Origin: Octopus sinensis
Lineage: Eukaryota
Assembly (NCBI RefSeq): GCF_006345805.1
Contig: NC_042998.1
Location: 14,632,001-14,696,000, forward strand
Reading direction: 5' to 3'
Length of the DNA stretch: 64,000 bases
Shown: piece after piece, positions 13,331 to 25,949 of the stretch
Numbering within the stretch: the first letter of the stretch is position 1
Layout: each line of letters begins with the position of its first letter
Notes under the pieces: model-generated
The model's input: the letters and a program-made list of their open reading frames with translations, nothing else
Told to the model about the DNA's origin: nothing
Databases searched by the model: none
Position numbers and translations under genes: made by a program

Positions 13331-13416
13331 TATATATACATATATTTACTCACACACTATATATACACATATAGATACATGCATATAAATATAGATGTAC
13401 ATATATGACCACACAC

Positions 13417-13455
<39 letters not shown>

Positions 13456-14251
13456 CAGACAGACACAGAGAGAGCGTCTTATACACACACATGTATATAT
13501 ATATACGTGTATGTATGTCTCTATATACTTATAGATAAACACACGTATATATATACATTTACACATACAAACGCACATATATACATATACATACATATAT
13601 CGATTAGATGAGAAACCTCTGTTGTTAAAATGATAATTACTTCTTTAATTTGTTTATATATATCTTATCAACACATTGTGATTTTTCATTTTCAACCACG
13701 TATTCCCAAGACACAGTTATCTCCAAGTTTCTGTCTCTTCCTCGCCTGGCTTTACCCTCCAATTAATTTATTTTTTTCTGTTTACTCTTGTTTACGTCAG
13801 TTTCAACTTTTATGTTTCCTACCGCCAGGTAATATATACGCATATGTATGAATATATGCGCACGCACGCAAGCAGACACGTAGACACGTAGACACGCATA
13901 CGTGCTCAGCCCTTATCACGCACGCACATGACGCGGTATGATCTATAAGGATTTAGCGCAGTCAGGGGCAACCTGCAGTCCGTGGGAATTTCTGAGAGGC
14001 ACATGCAAAGATAAAAAACATTGTTTCCAGGCAACTGATATCCACACACATATACACACGCGCGCACACGTATACTCACAATCTTACACACACACATACA
14101 TAGACAGACAGACAGACGGACGTATGGGTTGATGGATAGACAGATATACAACCAGACAGGTTTGTAGAGAAAAAGATAGATATATAGATAGATAAAAAGA
14201 CAGACAGACAGATAAAAAGACAGATTGAAAGAAAGATAGATAGATAGATAA

Positions 14252-14300
<49 letters not shown>

Positions 14301-14319
14301 CAGACAGCTAAACAGATAA

Positions 14320-14357
<38 letters not shown>

Positions 14358-14476
14358 GAGATAGATAGATAGATAGATAGATGCATACATGCATACATAC
14401 ATACTTACATACATACATACATACATACATACATGCATGCATACATACATACATACTACATACATACATACATACA

Positions 14477-14506
<30 letters not shown>
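12950..14506. repeat. Compound microsatellite region: (TA)n, (CA)n, (GATA)n, (CATA)n with short unique spacers
   Basis: Direct inspection. Confidence 0.85.
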
Positions 14507-14507
<1 letters not shown>

Positions 14508-14601
14508 GGTAGAAGCCATAGCCACTCATAATAAAAAGGAATACTGATGGAACGTACCAGTGAAAACCTCAGTAAAATATAAGCATAACTGACCTGATAT
14601 A

Positions 14602-14701
14602 NNNNNNNNNNNNNNNNNNNNNNNNNNNNNNNNNNNNNNNNNNNNNNNNNNNNNNNNNNNNNNNNNNNNNNNNNNNNNNNNNNNNNNNNNNNNNNNNNNN
14701 N
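14602..14701. other. Assembly gap (100 N)
   Basis: Run of 100 N. Confidence 1.
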
Positions 14702-15472
14702 TGTCATTAAATTGTACGTGTGTGCTTGTGTGTATGTGTGTGTGTGTGTGTGTGTGTGTACAGGGAGAGGAGAGAGAGAGATAGAGAGAGAAGAGAGAGA
14801 GAGGGAGCTGTGAGGTTGAAAGTAGAGACGCTAATCTAAGACGCAAAAATACAGAGGATAAATTTATCAGCCAATTTTACCAGTTCAGCCTCCCACTCGT
14901 AATGTATTAAATCAAAATCGGATGTGTTTTATTTTCATGGTTATCATTTTCTTCCTTTGCTTTTCTTGTTTTCTTTTTTTTTCTTTTTTTTTGCCTTCTT
15001 ATCTTTTATTGTTTGTCTGCTTTGTTACGTGAATACATCAGAGGTGGTTTTGTTTTGTTTTTTTTTTTATTTTGCTTTGGGTTTTTTTTTTTAGTTTTTT
15101 TTTTTCCTAGATTGGATATAGAAAGTAATTTTATATCTTGTCACAACAGATGTATGATGAATTGTGACATTTATACCGAAATACTGTTTGCAGATGTTAC
15201 GCTTCCAAAACAAAACTAAAAGAACAAAAAAGCCAAATAAGAGGAAACAGCCTTACTAAACCACCTGAGCGATACATGTCTGGTAATGCTAGTCTAGCAG
15301 TATCTTACAAAACCGTTTCTATCAACCATGCTCCTTACTGTTAAACCCCGATCTCCGCTTCCAACAAATCAATATTCTTACCTATAAGTGTTTGCCGTAC
15401 AGTACTATAGACTTACAAATTACCGGTGCATTCTCATTTCTGTTTCAATATTACACTGTAATGCTAAAAATT

Positions 15473-15601
15473 ACGAACCATATGGTTCTGGGTTCAGTCC
15501 CACTCAGTGGCACCTTGGGCAAGTGTCTTCTACTATAGCCTCCGGCCGACCAAGGCCTTCTGAGTGGAATTCGTAGACGGAACTGAAAGAAGCCCGTCGT
15601 C
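15473..15601 (+). mobile_element. SINE family A, partial 5' half
   Basis: ggttcagtcccact..caccttgggcaagtgtcttctactatagcc..gaaagaagcccgtcgt. Confidence 0.8.
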
Positions 15602-15607
15602 TATATG

Positions 15608-15656
<49 letters not shown>

Positions 15657-15688
15657 ATATATATATTATATTATATATATGTATTATG

Positions 15689-15733
<45 letters not shown>

Positions 15734-15769
15734 TTATATATATATACATATATATATTACATATATATA

Positions 15770-16168
15770 GGCGCAGAGTGGCTGTGTGGTGTAAGTACCT
15801 TGTTTACCAACCACATGGTTCCGGGTTCATTCCCACTGCGTGGCACCTTGGGCAAGTGTCTTCTACTTAGCCTCGGGCCGACCAAGCCTTGTGAGTGGAT
15901 TTGGTAGACGGAAACTGAAAGAAGCCCGTCGTATTATGTATATATATGCGTGTGTGTGTTTGTGTGTCTGTGTTTGTCCCCCTAGCATTGCTTGACAACC
16001 GATGCTGGTGTGTTTATGTCCCCGTTACTTAGCGGTTCGGCAAAAGAGACCGATAGAATAAGTACTGGGCTTACCAAGAATAAGTCCCGGTGCGAGTCTC
16101 GATAGGTGTCGTGGTTTTGCTCAGCATGGCCGCAGTCAAATGACTGAAACAAGAAAAGAGTAAAAGAT
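15770..16168 (+). mobile_element. SINE family A, full length
   Basis: ggcgcagagtggctgtgtggt head through tail cagcatggccgcagtcaaatgactgaaacaag. Confidence 0.9.
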
Positions 16169-16214
16169 AAAATATATATATATATACATAAATATATATA
16201 TATATATATATATA

Positions 16215-16271
<57 letters not shown>

Positions 16272-16288
16272 GATATATATAATATATA

Positions 16289-16327
<39 letters not shown>

Positions 16328-17101
16328 TATATATATATATATAATATATTATAGTATCATATATATATATATATATATATATATACTATATATATATATC
16401 AGAGTTCGATGTTGTCTGCAGCTTAGTCTTGATAACTCCAGCAACGACACTGGCGTCCTCTCCATCGGCCCGTTCTTTTTCCATTCTTTGTCATCTTTTG
16501 GTCAGGACTAGAGGTTGTACCCATGATACCTACACTGGGCTTTTGTAATTGGTGAGAGGAAGGAAGAATGTTTTCAAATCGGTGACCCTACCCGAGTGTC
16601 AGTTAAAGACATCTAAAGTACCGTGGAGTGGTGTTGAATCCGACTGCGGATTACGTATACCAATAAATAGTCGACCGTCTTGGACCAGAATTAAGGATGC
16701 AGGCGGAAGAAAATACCGCCAGGCGTCTGGTCCGACATTCTTATAATTTCGCCAATCAACCTCCCATGATTGGTCTTTTTTAACTAAGCCCAAAAGGATG
16801 AAAGACAAATCTAACCTCGGCGGAATTTGAACTAGAGGCCAAGTGCGTGAGAATAAACACAGAAAGACAAGCTGTCCGACGCTCTATCAGATTAGTCAGT
16901 TAACAGCCTCTCTTTAAACGACATCAGTGGTGTAGAGAGGAGAAATACGCATTACAGACAACTGTTTCTCACCCATAACAGCTTACCCAAGCTTATTTCT
17001 TGGAGAAGATACTCCACCGCTGTCGTGCCACTCTCTGCCAATGCAGACTTAACCAAGGCTTTCCACGTGCAAATACACAACCTTACAGAAATTAAAGCTA
17101 C

Positions 17102-17336
17102 CGAAGGCGGCGAGCTGGCAGAAACGTTAGCACATCGGGCGAAATGCGTAGCCGTATTTCGTCTGCCGTTACGTTCTGAGTTCAAATTCCGCCGAGGTCG
17201 ACTTTGCCTTTCATCCTTTCGGGGTCGATTAAATAAGTACCAGTTACGCACTGGGGTCGATATAATCGACTTGATCCGTTTGTCTGTCCTTGTTTGTCCT
17301 CTCTGTGTGTAGCCCCTTGTGGGTAGTAAAGAAATA
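17102..17336 (+). mobile_element. tRNA-derived SINE family B (tail type 1) with ~15-bp TSD
   Basis: Head ggcggcgagctggcagaa, B box GAGTTCAAATTCC, core gcctttcatcctttcggggtcgat. TSD agaaattaaag(c/a)tac at 17087-17101 and 17337-17351. Confidence 0.92.
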
Positions 17337-17495
17337 AGAAATTAAAGATACACATAAAAATACGGGAAGGCTACAGTTGGAATGTTTCTTTTAGTAAAGG
17401 ATTTTTTCGATCAGGATTGACCCCAGGTTAAGCAACAACAGCAACAAGTTACTACTAGTCAACAGTTTAAGATAAATGTTTCACTTTCATTAGTC

Positions 17496-17531
<36 letters not shown>

Positions 17532-18597
17532 AAGATAAAGGAATTGCATCACGACGCGAGATATTAATTCTGATTTAATTATAAAGAAAAGCCAATCTGG
17601 AGTACCCTCGCTGATACTTCGCGATCAATTCAAAGAATTCATGACTGTTTTGTTTGGATTAGCTATTAATTTATTTTCGATAACACCATGTATCACCGCA
17701 TGGGAACTTGGACTCTGCTTTAAAATTATAATTATTTCTCTGTGAAACTTTAATTAGTATGGAGACTGCAAACGAATAAACAAACAAATAAAAGCAGTAA
17801 ACATAAATAAATAAATAATAATGAGAAAGAAGAAAAAATTCCCATCATCATCGGAATCAGTATTACCATTATCATCATTTTTTATAATAGAAAAAAAAAT
17901 TAGTTTGAAAAGAATAAAAGAAATTTCTTTAAAAAGCAGATTCTTGCTTGATAGATCTCGCCATTGGGAGTAATCTGTTAGCGATTAAATGACGCAGAGT
18001 GTTTTTGTACCGTTTTTGGATTGGAATATAGTTCACTTAGAATGTGTTGACCGCCTCATTCTCCTGATGTCACAGGATGCTAATGACTGGTGGAAGGATC
18101 CTTCATTAAATTTCAAATTTCATACTGTTTTCTATAAAAATGCAAAACACGAAAAAAAAAATAAACGTTTGATTTCTTTTTTCTTTGCTTTTATTTGATT
18201 TTTATTCTATTTTTTTTTGTCAAATTTAAAATTAAGATTTAAAAATAATAACAAGAGCTAGCAAAAATAAACACAATATTTAAAAATTACAATAAGAATG
18301 ATTAAAGAATATCAAATCAAAAAAAAAAAATTATTTCAGTGTTGAAAATTAAAAAAAAATAAAATAAAATGAAAGCAAAATAATAAATAGTTTTGTTTAA
18401 ATGTTTAATGAAGATTCTTCTCAAATATTATCAATCTAAGGTCATCGTGAAATTAGTTGTAAACGAGTAAAATAGAAATACGATACACCAAAGCGGGTGG
18501 GGGCGACGTACAATGCTGGGATCTAAAAGGGAAATACTATAGTGATCATCATCATCGTCATCACTATTATTTTTATTACTATTATTATTGTTATAAC

Positions 18598-18629
<32 letters not shown>

Positions 18630-18641
18630 TATTATTATTAC

Positions 18642-18696
<55 letters not shown>

Positions 18697-18712
18697 ATCA
18701 TCATTATCATCA

Positions 18713-18795
<83 letters not shown>

Positions 18796-18810
18796 AATAA
18801 CAACAACAAC

Positions 18811-18844
<34 letters not shown>

Positions 18845-18882
18845 TATAATAATAATAGTAGTAATAATGATAATAATAATAA

Positions 18883-19097
18883 AGGCGGTGAGCTAGCAGA
18901 ATCGTTCGTGCGTTGAATGAAATGCTTAGAGGTATTTCGCCCGTCGCTCTGTTCTGAGTTCAAATTCTGCCGAGGTCAGCTTCGCCTTTCATCCTTTCGG
19001 GGTCGATAAAAATAAGTATCAGTTGAATACTGGGGGTCGATGTAATCGACTCATTTCCGTCACCAAAATTGCTGCCCCTGTGGCAAAATTTGAAATT
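18883..19097 (+). mobile_element. SINE family B (tail type 3) embedded in (TAA)n/(TAT)n
   Basis: Same head and core as 17102. Ends aaaattgctgcccctgtggcaaaatttgaa then (TAT)n. Confidence 0.85.
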
Positions 19098-19164
19098 ATC
19101 ATTATTATTATTATTATTATCATTTTATTATATTATTATTTATTATTATATTATATTATTATTA

Positions 19165-19195
<31 letters not shown>

Positions 19196-19280
19196 GTTGT
19201 TGTTGTTATTATTATTATTATTAATATTATTATTATTATTATCATTATTATTATTATTATTGTTATTATTATTATTATTA

Positions 19281-19380
<100 letters not shown>

Positions 19381-19384
19381 CATC

Positions 19385-19807
19385 TTAGGTAGTGGGTAGT
19401 GATTTTCTTCACTACTTCAGGGAGTGACGACCCTGCCCGACACAAGTCCCGGGCTCAGCTGGCTCCGGCTGGCAGTACCCGGTATGGGCCCCTATCCAGG
19501 ATTAAAGAACGGAGTCAACCTTCAAAGCAAACCGGAGTGGAGCCCGTAGGCGGTTTAGTGTTTGACTCGACACTCTTCCGGCAGCTCCTGCAACCAAGCT
19601 GGTGCCAAGCGTAATGCTCTGCACTCTTTTGGACTACGTCAGCAAGGTCGAGAGAGGAATCCTGACGATTGGGCTACCCAGGATTTTCTTACATCTAACC
19701 CAGTCCTGCGCAAAACTGGAGAGGAAACTCAAGAGGACATGAAATGTAAAAACCAGACTGCATTAGTTTATGCGCAACTCCATTGTCTCCCGAGACAAAA
19801 GGATGCC
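19385..19807 (-). mobile_element. Probable RTE-related non-autonomous element or RTE 5' UTR
   Basis: GC-richer island between microsatellites. Minus strand begins ggcatccttttgtctcgggagacaatgg, resembling RTE-clade 5' UTR starts. Recognition from memory, unverified. Confidence 0.35.
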
Positions 19808-19836
19808 AACAACAACAACAATATTATTATTATTAA

Positions 19837-20051
19837 ATGCGGTGAGCTGTCAGAATCGTTAGTGAGCTGGACGAAGTGCTTAAACGACATTTCACCCGTC
19901 GCTACGTTCTGAGTTCACATTCCGCTGAGATCGACTTTGCTTTTCATCCTTTCAAAGTCGATAAAATAACCATCAGTTGAACACTGAGGTTGATGTAATC
20001 GACTCATCCCCGCCCTTAAAATTGCTGCCCTTGTTGCAAAATTTGAAGCCA
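19837..20051 (+). mobile_element. SINE family B (tail type 3)
   Basis: gcggtgagctgtcagaatcgttag..ctgagttcacattcc..aaaattgctgcccttgttgcaaaatttgaa. Confidence 0.82.
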
Positions 20052-20061
20052 TTATTATAAC

Positions 20062-20552
20062 TATTATTCAATAGTTTTAGTTTTATAACGTGCTTTCACT
20101 TCACTACCGAGTGCAGCTCTGTGTGCCTTGGATATGTGCTGTGGTTTGTTTTGATGCTCTGATGGTTACAGTATTGAAAGTGTTTTGCGTAGGATGTGTG
20201 CAGTGCCCAGTTGTGCAATTTTCGGTATGTTATATATATTTGTAAGTCCTGGTGTTTTGTTATGTATTTGTCTGAATACTTTTTCATCATACAGAATGCG
20301 CCTACTACGATAGGAATTGTTTCGGTTTTTAGATTCCACATTCGAGTTACCTCTATTTCCAGGTCTTTGTATTTTGTAAGTTTCTCCATTTCTTTGAGAG
20401 TCACGCTGTCATCTGCTGTATTGATACATCAATTAGAAAGTAATTATTTTCTTCATGATCTCTGACAAATGTATCTGGCCTATTGACCATAATTTCTCTA
20501 TCTGTGTGTATTGGCATATCCCAGAGTATGGTTGCTTTCTCGCTTTTGTGAC
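20062..20552 (-). mobile_element. 3' fragment of R4/Dong-like LINE (restriction-like endonuclease domain), family 1
   Basis: Translates ILWDMPIHTDREI..NRPD..LIDVSI..EKLTKYKDLEIEVTRMWNLKTETIPIVVGA (ORF 20096..20404). Flanked by (TAA)-type repeats. Confidence 0.85.
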
Positions 20553-20553
20553 A

Positions 20554-20585
<32 letters not shown>

Positions 20586-20679
20586 GAAAGTAGTGAGCTA
20601 GAAGAATGATTAACGCGGTCTCTTCTGCCGAACCGCTAGGTTACGGGGGAGCAAACAGACCAGCACCGGCCGTGAAGCG

Positions 20680-21145
20680 GTGATAATGATGATGATGATG
20701 ATAACGGAAACAACGTCGAGGTCGATGATGTGGAAGAGGACGATGACGGTGATGGTATAGTTGATGAGACTTCTGATGATAATGATGATCATGAGGAGGA
20801 GGAGGGTGAAGAAGAAGAAGAAAAGGAGACAGGAAACGAAAATGAGGAAGAAGTGAAAGGAGAGTAAGAAGAGATAGTGGAGGAAGATGAGGAAGCGGGG
20901 AAGAAGAAGAAGGAGGAGGAGGAGGAGGAGAAGAAGAAGAAGAAGAAGAAGAAGAAGAAGAAGAAGAAGAAGAAAGAAGGGAACGAGGAGAATGAGGAAG
21001 CAGAGGAGTACATGAAGGAGGAAGAAGGAGAAGAAGGGGAAGAGGAGGACGAGAAGGAGTAAGAGAGGGTCGGGGAGGAGGACCAGTACGAGGATGAAGA
21101 CGACGACGATGACAACGGCCACGACCACGACCACGACGAAGATGG
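20680..21145. repeat. Purine-rich (GAT)/(GAA)/(GAG)/(GAC) trinucleotide low-complexity tract
   Basis: Direct inspection. Confidence 0.85.
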
Positions 21146-21284
21146 CGACTGTATTGTGGTTTATTATGATAATAACAAAATGTTTAGAATTAAAGCTTAT
21201 TTCGTTTCTGATGTTCCCGCTGTAGCTGCTCTTGTTTTTACCTTTTTCTTCTTCTTCTTCTTCTTATTATTATTATTATTATTA

Positions 21285-21367
<83 letters not shown>

Positions 21368-21651
21368 ATCATTATTATTACAGTTAAATTCTATCTTTTT
21401 ATTGAAAATCTAAATATGTAATCTTGGCCTTTGGCAGTGACAGTCAATTTATGCAAGAACTCTGTTAAAGGTCAATACTATCATGTTAGCAATTTAACAA
21501 ATCAGAGAAATGAAAAGAGCGTTGCAAAGATTGCATCATGCATGAATCCTACAGCACTGGCATCACCATTTCTTTTTCCGACTGAGTCAACGATCTTTTC
21601 CCTCCGTCAGCGCCACTATTCACTTATAATCTGAATATTTTATCTTCTGAA

Positions 21652-21758
<107 letters not shown>

Positions 21759-22634
21759 CATTATAACTTTTTTCTGATTCCTGTATTTTTACTGTGTGTT
21801 TCCTATACAATTTTTTTTTTAGCTGTTTAAATTGGCTATCATATTCTGAGAATAGCCTGGTTCAACCATAAATGGTGATTTCAGGGAATAAAAGCAAAAA
21901 TATATAAATAAATAATCATGTCTTTAGATTATATAACATATTTTATAAACGTACATATTTTTATTCTTTATTAATTCTTTTAGATTTTTTTTCCATATTT
22001 TTTAACCATACAATAGGATTGGCTTCAGGTTCAAAATATGTCGCTATCTCCGATATTATCCATTTTGTTGCCAAATCTCCTTCACACCAGGGATTTTCCT
22101 TTATTTATTTTCATTTTGATATTTTATATTTAAAATATGAAAAAACGCCATCGATACACTTTTTGCCGTCCATTTTGTTTTATTCCTTTTTTGAATAATT
22201 TGCATTTTATTCTCTTTATCTTTATTATCTTTTTTTTCAGTAAGTTTGGATTAAAACACTATCCTCTTATTATTATTATTATTTTCTCCCAGTTCTTTCC
22301 GTTTTATGTTCAAATTCTACCGAGATTAACCGTTCTTCTAAAGTTTATCAAAGAATTAATAGAAAAAATTTCGCATTTTTGGTATCACAGATTCTTCCAA
22401 GAAGTTGGAAAGGCACTAAAAAAATATAAGTTAAGCGCTTTGACAAGATGCCAAAAATAGACAAATACTGCGGTTTACCGGCTTTTTATTGTATATCAAC
22501 GTTTGGTAGGATATACAGAATGCTGTTTTGAACTGATACTGCTTATGTCGCTAATAACGATATTTTACGCAGCTATTTGCTTTTCTAACTTATTTGTTGG
22601 TAAATTTCTCTACGCATAAAGTAACTAGTGGCTT

Positions 22635-22679
22635 TTGCTGCTGATGACTGTGGAAGAAGCAGAAATCTAGATTTAGCAA
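22635..22679 (+). ncRNA. Minimal type I hammerhead ribozyme-like motif
   Basis: ttgctg-CTGATGA-c-tgt(ggaagaa)gca-GAAA-tctagatt-tagcaa: 6-bp stem I, weak stem II, palindrome AATCTAGATT at stem III, AUU triplet. Confidence 0.5.
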
Positions 22680-23133
22680 TCCCACTGCCAATGTTTGGCG
22701 ATTTTTGTCAGTTACAGATATAATTCTGTGCAGTTTAGAACTGTACGCCTTTCCAAGAAGTTTCATCAAGATGAATGCCGCTGTTTTCTGGCTTTCTATA
22801 GTATATCTACGTTAAGAAAGATATGCAGAATATTATTTTGAAATAAAACTACTTCTGTCACAAAAAAAAGATTATTAGTAAAAGAAAACCAATATACTGA
22901 ACTTAAAAGACAATAGTTACACGATGTTTTTCAACAGCAAATTCCTTAAAAAGTCTTCGCGGGGCATTCGGAGACAATCTGAGAAATGGTTAGAAAGGAT
23001 TAAGCGAAGGGAGTACTAGATTTTTCCCTAACACAATACAGCAAGATATTTCTTGCGTTATTTCTTTTATATCATATATATCATATACATACATATATAT
23101 ACATACTTATATGTATGTATATGTATGTATACG

Positions 23134-23233
<100 letters not shown>

Positions 23234-23251
23234 GATATACATATATGATAT

Positions 23252-23665
23252 ACTCTTTACTCTTTTACTTGTTTCAGTCATTTTACTGCGGCCATGCAGG
23301 AGCACCGCCTTTAGTCGAGCAAATCGACCCCAGGACTTATTCTTTGTAACCCCAGTACTTATTCTATTGGTCTCTTTTGCCGAACCACTAAGTGACAGGG
23401 ACGTAAACACACCAGCATCGGTTGTCAAGCAATGCTAGAAGGACAAACACAGAGGCACAAACATATACACACACATATATATATATATACATATATACAT
23501 ATATACAACAGGCTTCTTTAAGTTTCCGTCTACCAAATCCACTCACAAGGCATTGGTCGGCCCGAGGCTATAGCAGAAAACACTTGCCCAAGGTGCCACG
23601 CAGTGGGACTGAACCCGGAACCATGTGGTTGGTAAGCAAGCTACTTACCACACAGCCACTCCTGC
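23252..23665 (-). mobile_element. SINE family A, full length
   Basis: Reverse complement of the 15770 and 59333 copies. Confidence 0.9.
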
Positions 23666-23871
23666 ATATATATGCACATTGCTCAGATGGCAATGCAGGT
23701 GGGTGGTAGGTTGGATCTTTGAATCCTTTAGGAACAGAGACACAATACTTCTACTTTGGAGTACCTTTGTCCTCAGTGGTCTTGACAACTGTTGTTGTTG
23801 GTAGTAGTAGTAGTAGTAGTAATAGTAGTAGCAGTAGTAGTAGTAGTAGTAGTAGTAGCAGCAGCAGCAGT

Positions 23872-23929
<58 letters not shown>

Positions 23930-24714
23930 AATATAGTTGCTTGTACTTTCCAGATGATGTACCGTTTCCCTAATCATCTTCAGCAGCAGCAGCAATATCC
24001 ATTATTATTACCATCTTTATCATTAATCTTTAATTTTTTTTATCCTCTCACTGTCATTGTCATCATCATCACTGATGTCATTGTTTTCATTGTCGATGTC
24101 GTTGTCATTATCATTTGCATCATCGTTGTTATCGAATCTGCCACAGTCGTGGCCAGATACAAAAGGAACGTCACGAGTAAAATTGTGTGTACAATCCATC
24201 GCTCATACACATAAAGGCATGAAAGACTAGATTTCACTCATCTTCAGTTTCGAATTTCAAAAGGTAATCCTCAAAAGAAAAGACGCTCGGATACAAACAA
24301 ACAAAAAAAAAAGAATCAACAAAAAACGAAACGAAAATGAAAAAAAAAATGGGCATAAAAGAGTTAATCTGTTAGAAAAACAGAAATTCGTCTTTAATCT
24401 TTCACGAATCAATCCAGTGACACGAAAGTAGCTTCTCTGAAGTAAGGTTAATCTATAGCTTCGGTTTATTGGCTCAAAGTATTAGCATTCAGTCATATTT
24501 CAATTTTAACAAAAGCTACGCCCGAGTAATCATTGTTCTTTGTCCTCCGGCTCCGTCTTGACTCATCAGACTAGAACCAATGTCGTTAAAACTGAATCTA
24601 TTCATCTTTAAACAAAAAAAAAAACTTGTTGTCTACCTAGGGATACCTCACCCAAACTATCCAACACGAGTTCGATTATACTCTCTCATTTGCTGTCATT
24701 TTCAGACATAATTC

Positions 24715-25111
24715 TCTTCTACTCTAGGCACAAGGCCCGAAATTTTGTAGGGAGAGAGCCAGTGAATTAGATCGGCCCCAGTACGCAAATGGTACTTATT
24801 TAATCGACCCCGAAAGGATAGAAGGCAAAGTCGACCTCGGCTGAATTTGAACTCAGAACGTAAAGACGGACGAAATACCTATTTCTTTACTAACCACAAG
24901 GGGCTAAACACAGAGAGGACAAGCAAGGACAGACAAACGGACCAAGTTGATCATATCGACCCCAGTGCGTAACTGGTACTTATTTAATCGACCCCGAAAG
25001 GATGAAAGGTAAAGTCGACCTTGGCGGAATTTGAACTCAGAACGTTGCGGCAGACGAAATACCGCTAAGTATCTCGCCCGGCGTGCTAACGTTTCTGCCA
25101 GCTCGCCGCCT
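24715..25111 (-). mobile_element. Dimeric SINE family B (type 1 tail monomer plus headless type 2 tail monomer) with 16-bp TSD
   Basis: TSD ttttcagacataattc at 24699-24714 and 25112-25127 encloses two core copies joined at gtaaagaaatag|gtatttcgtc. Confidence 0.9.
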
Positions 25112-25164
25112 TTTTCAGACATAATTCATAACTACCTACAGGTTTGCACTTTTTGGGAATCTGC

Positions 25165-25813
25165 ATTTTACGATAAAAGAATGTTTTAAAATACAGTGAA
25201 TAAATTTCGAAATTCACCTTTAAATGTCCCTGTACCCGTATATATACACACAGAGACAGGCAAACAGGCACACACACATACATACACACATATACATATA
25301 TAAACATATATATAAAAGAAATAATTGAGATTCACTTGAATCAGTATAGTTCTATATTTAAGAGGTGAGGAATTATATACATAATTTAAATTTGACGGAT
25401 ATTTGTCCTCATCTTGTTTGTTGTTAACACGCCGTTTCGGCTGATATATCCTCCAGCCTTCATCAGGTGTCTTGGGGAAATTTCGAACCTGGCTTCTCAT
25501 TCCTAAGCTATTTCTCTCGTTGTTGTTGTTGTTGATGTATAATTATATGTTAATTATAACAATTAACAAATAATTTGAATGTATAATTTGAGATTTAAAT
25601 AAATTTTAATGATTGTAAGGGTGTCTATTTACTTCTGTCCTGTCTATGTATGTGTGTGTGTGTGTGTGTGTATGTGTGTATGTATGTGTGTGTGCCTGTT
25701 TGTCTGTCTCTGTGTGTATATATACATATATGTATAAATCGGGTACAGGGACATTTAAAGGTGAATTTCGAAATTTATTCACTGTATTTTAAAACATTCT
25801 TTTATCGTAAAAT
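25165..25813. repeat. Inverted repeat (74-bp arms, extendable to ~130 bp across an indel)
   Basis: 25165-25238 attttacgataaaag..cctgtacccg is the reverse complement of 25740-25813. Confidence 0.9.
25350..25520 (-). mobile_element. Hammerhead-bearing short repeat (motif at 25426-25471; cleavage triplet mutated to GGC)
   Basis: Minus strand gacac-CTGATGA-a-ggctg..cagcc-GAAAC-ggc-gtgtt. Confidence 0.8.
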
Positions 25814-25949
25814 ATATATATATATATATAATAATAAATATTAGGGAATAAATCCAAACTTACAGGGAAAAATAAGATTTAGGATTGAATCCAATTTTAT
25901 AGTAAAATATTATATTATGTTAAATTAGAGACAAAACCACTATGTATGT

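Noticed and set aside
20877-21062. E/K-rich ORF as an acidic protein segment
   Set aside because: It is a (GAA)/(GAG) slippage tract bounded by stops and other microsatellites.
24000-24240. Short minus-strand ORFs (D/N-rich or hydrophobic) as a host exon
   Set aside because: They are mostly (GAT/AAT) low complexity, with no recognisable domain or paired splice sites.
24525-24575. Hammerhead-like motif on minus strand (CTGATGA-gtc..gac)
   Set aside because: GAAA is replaced by AAAG and stems I and III are marginal.
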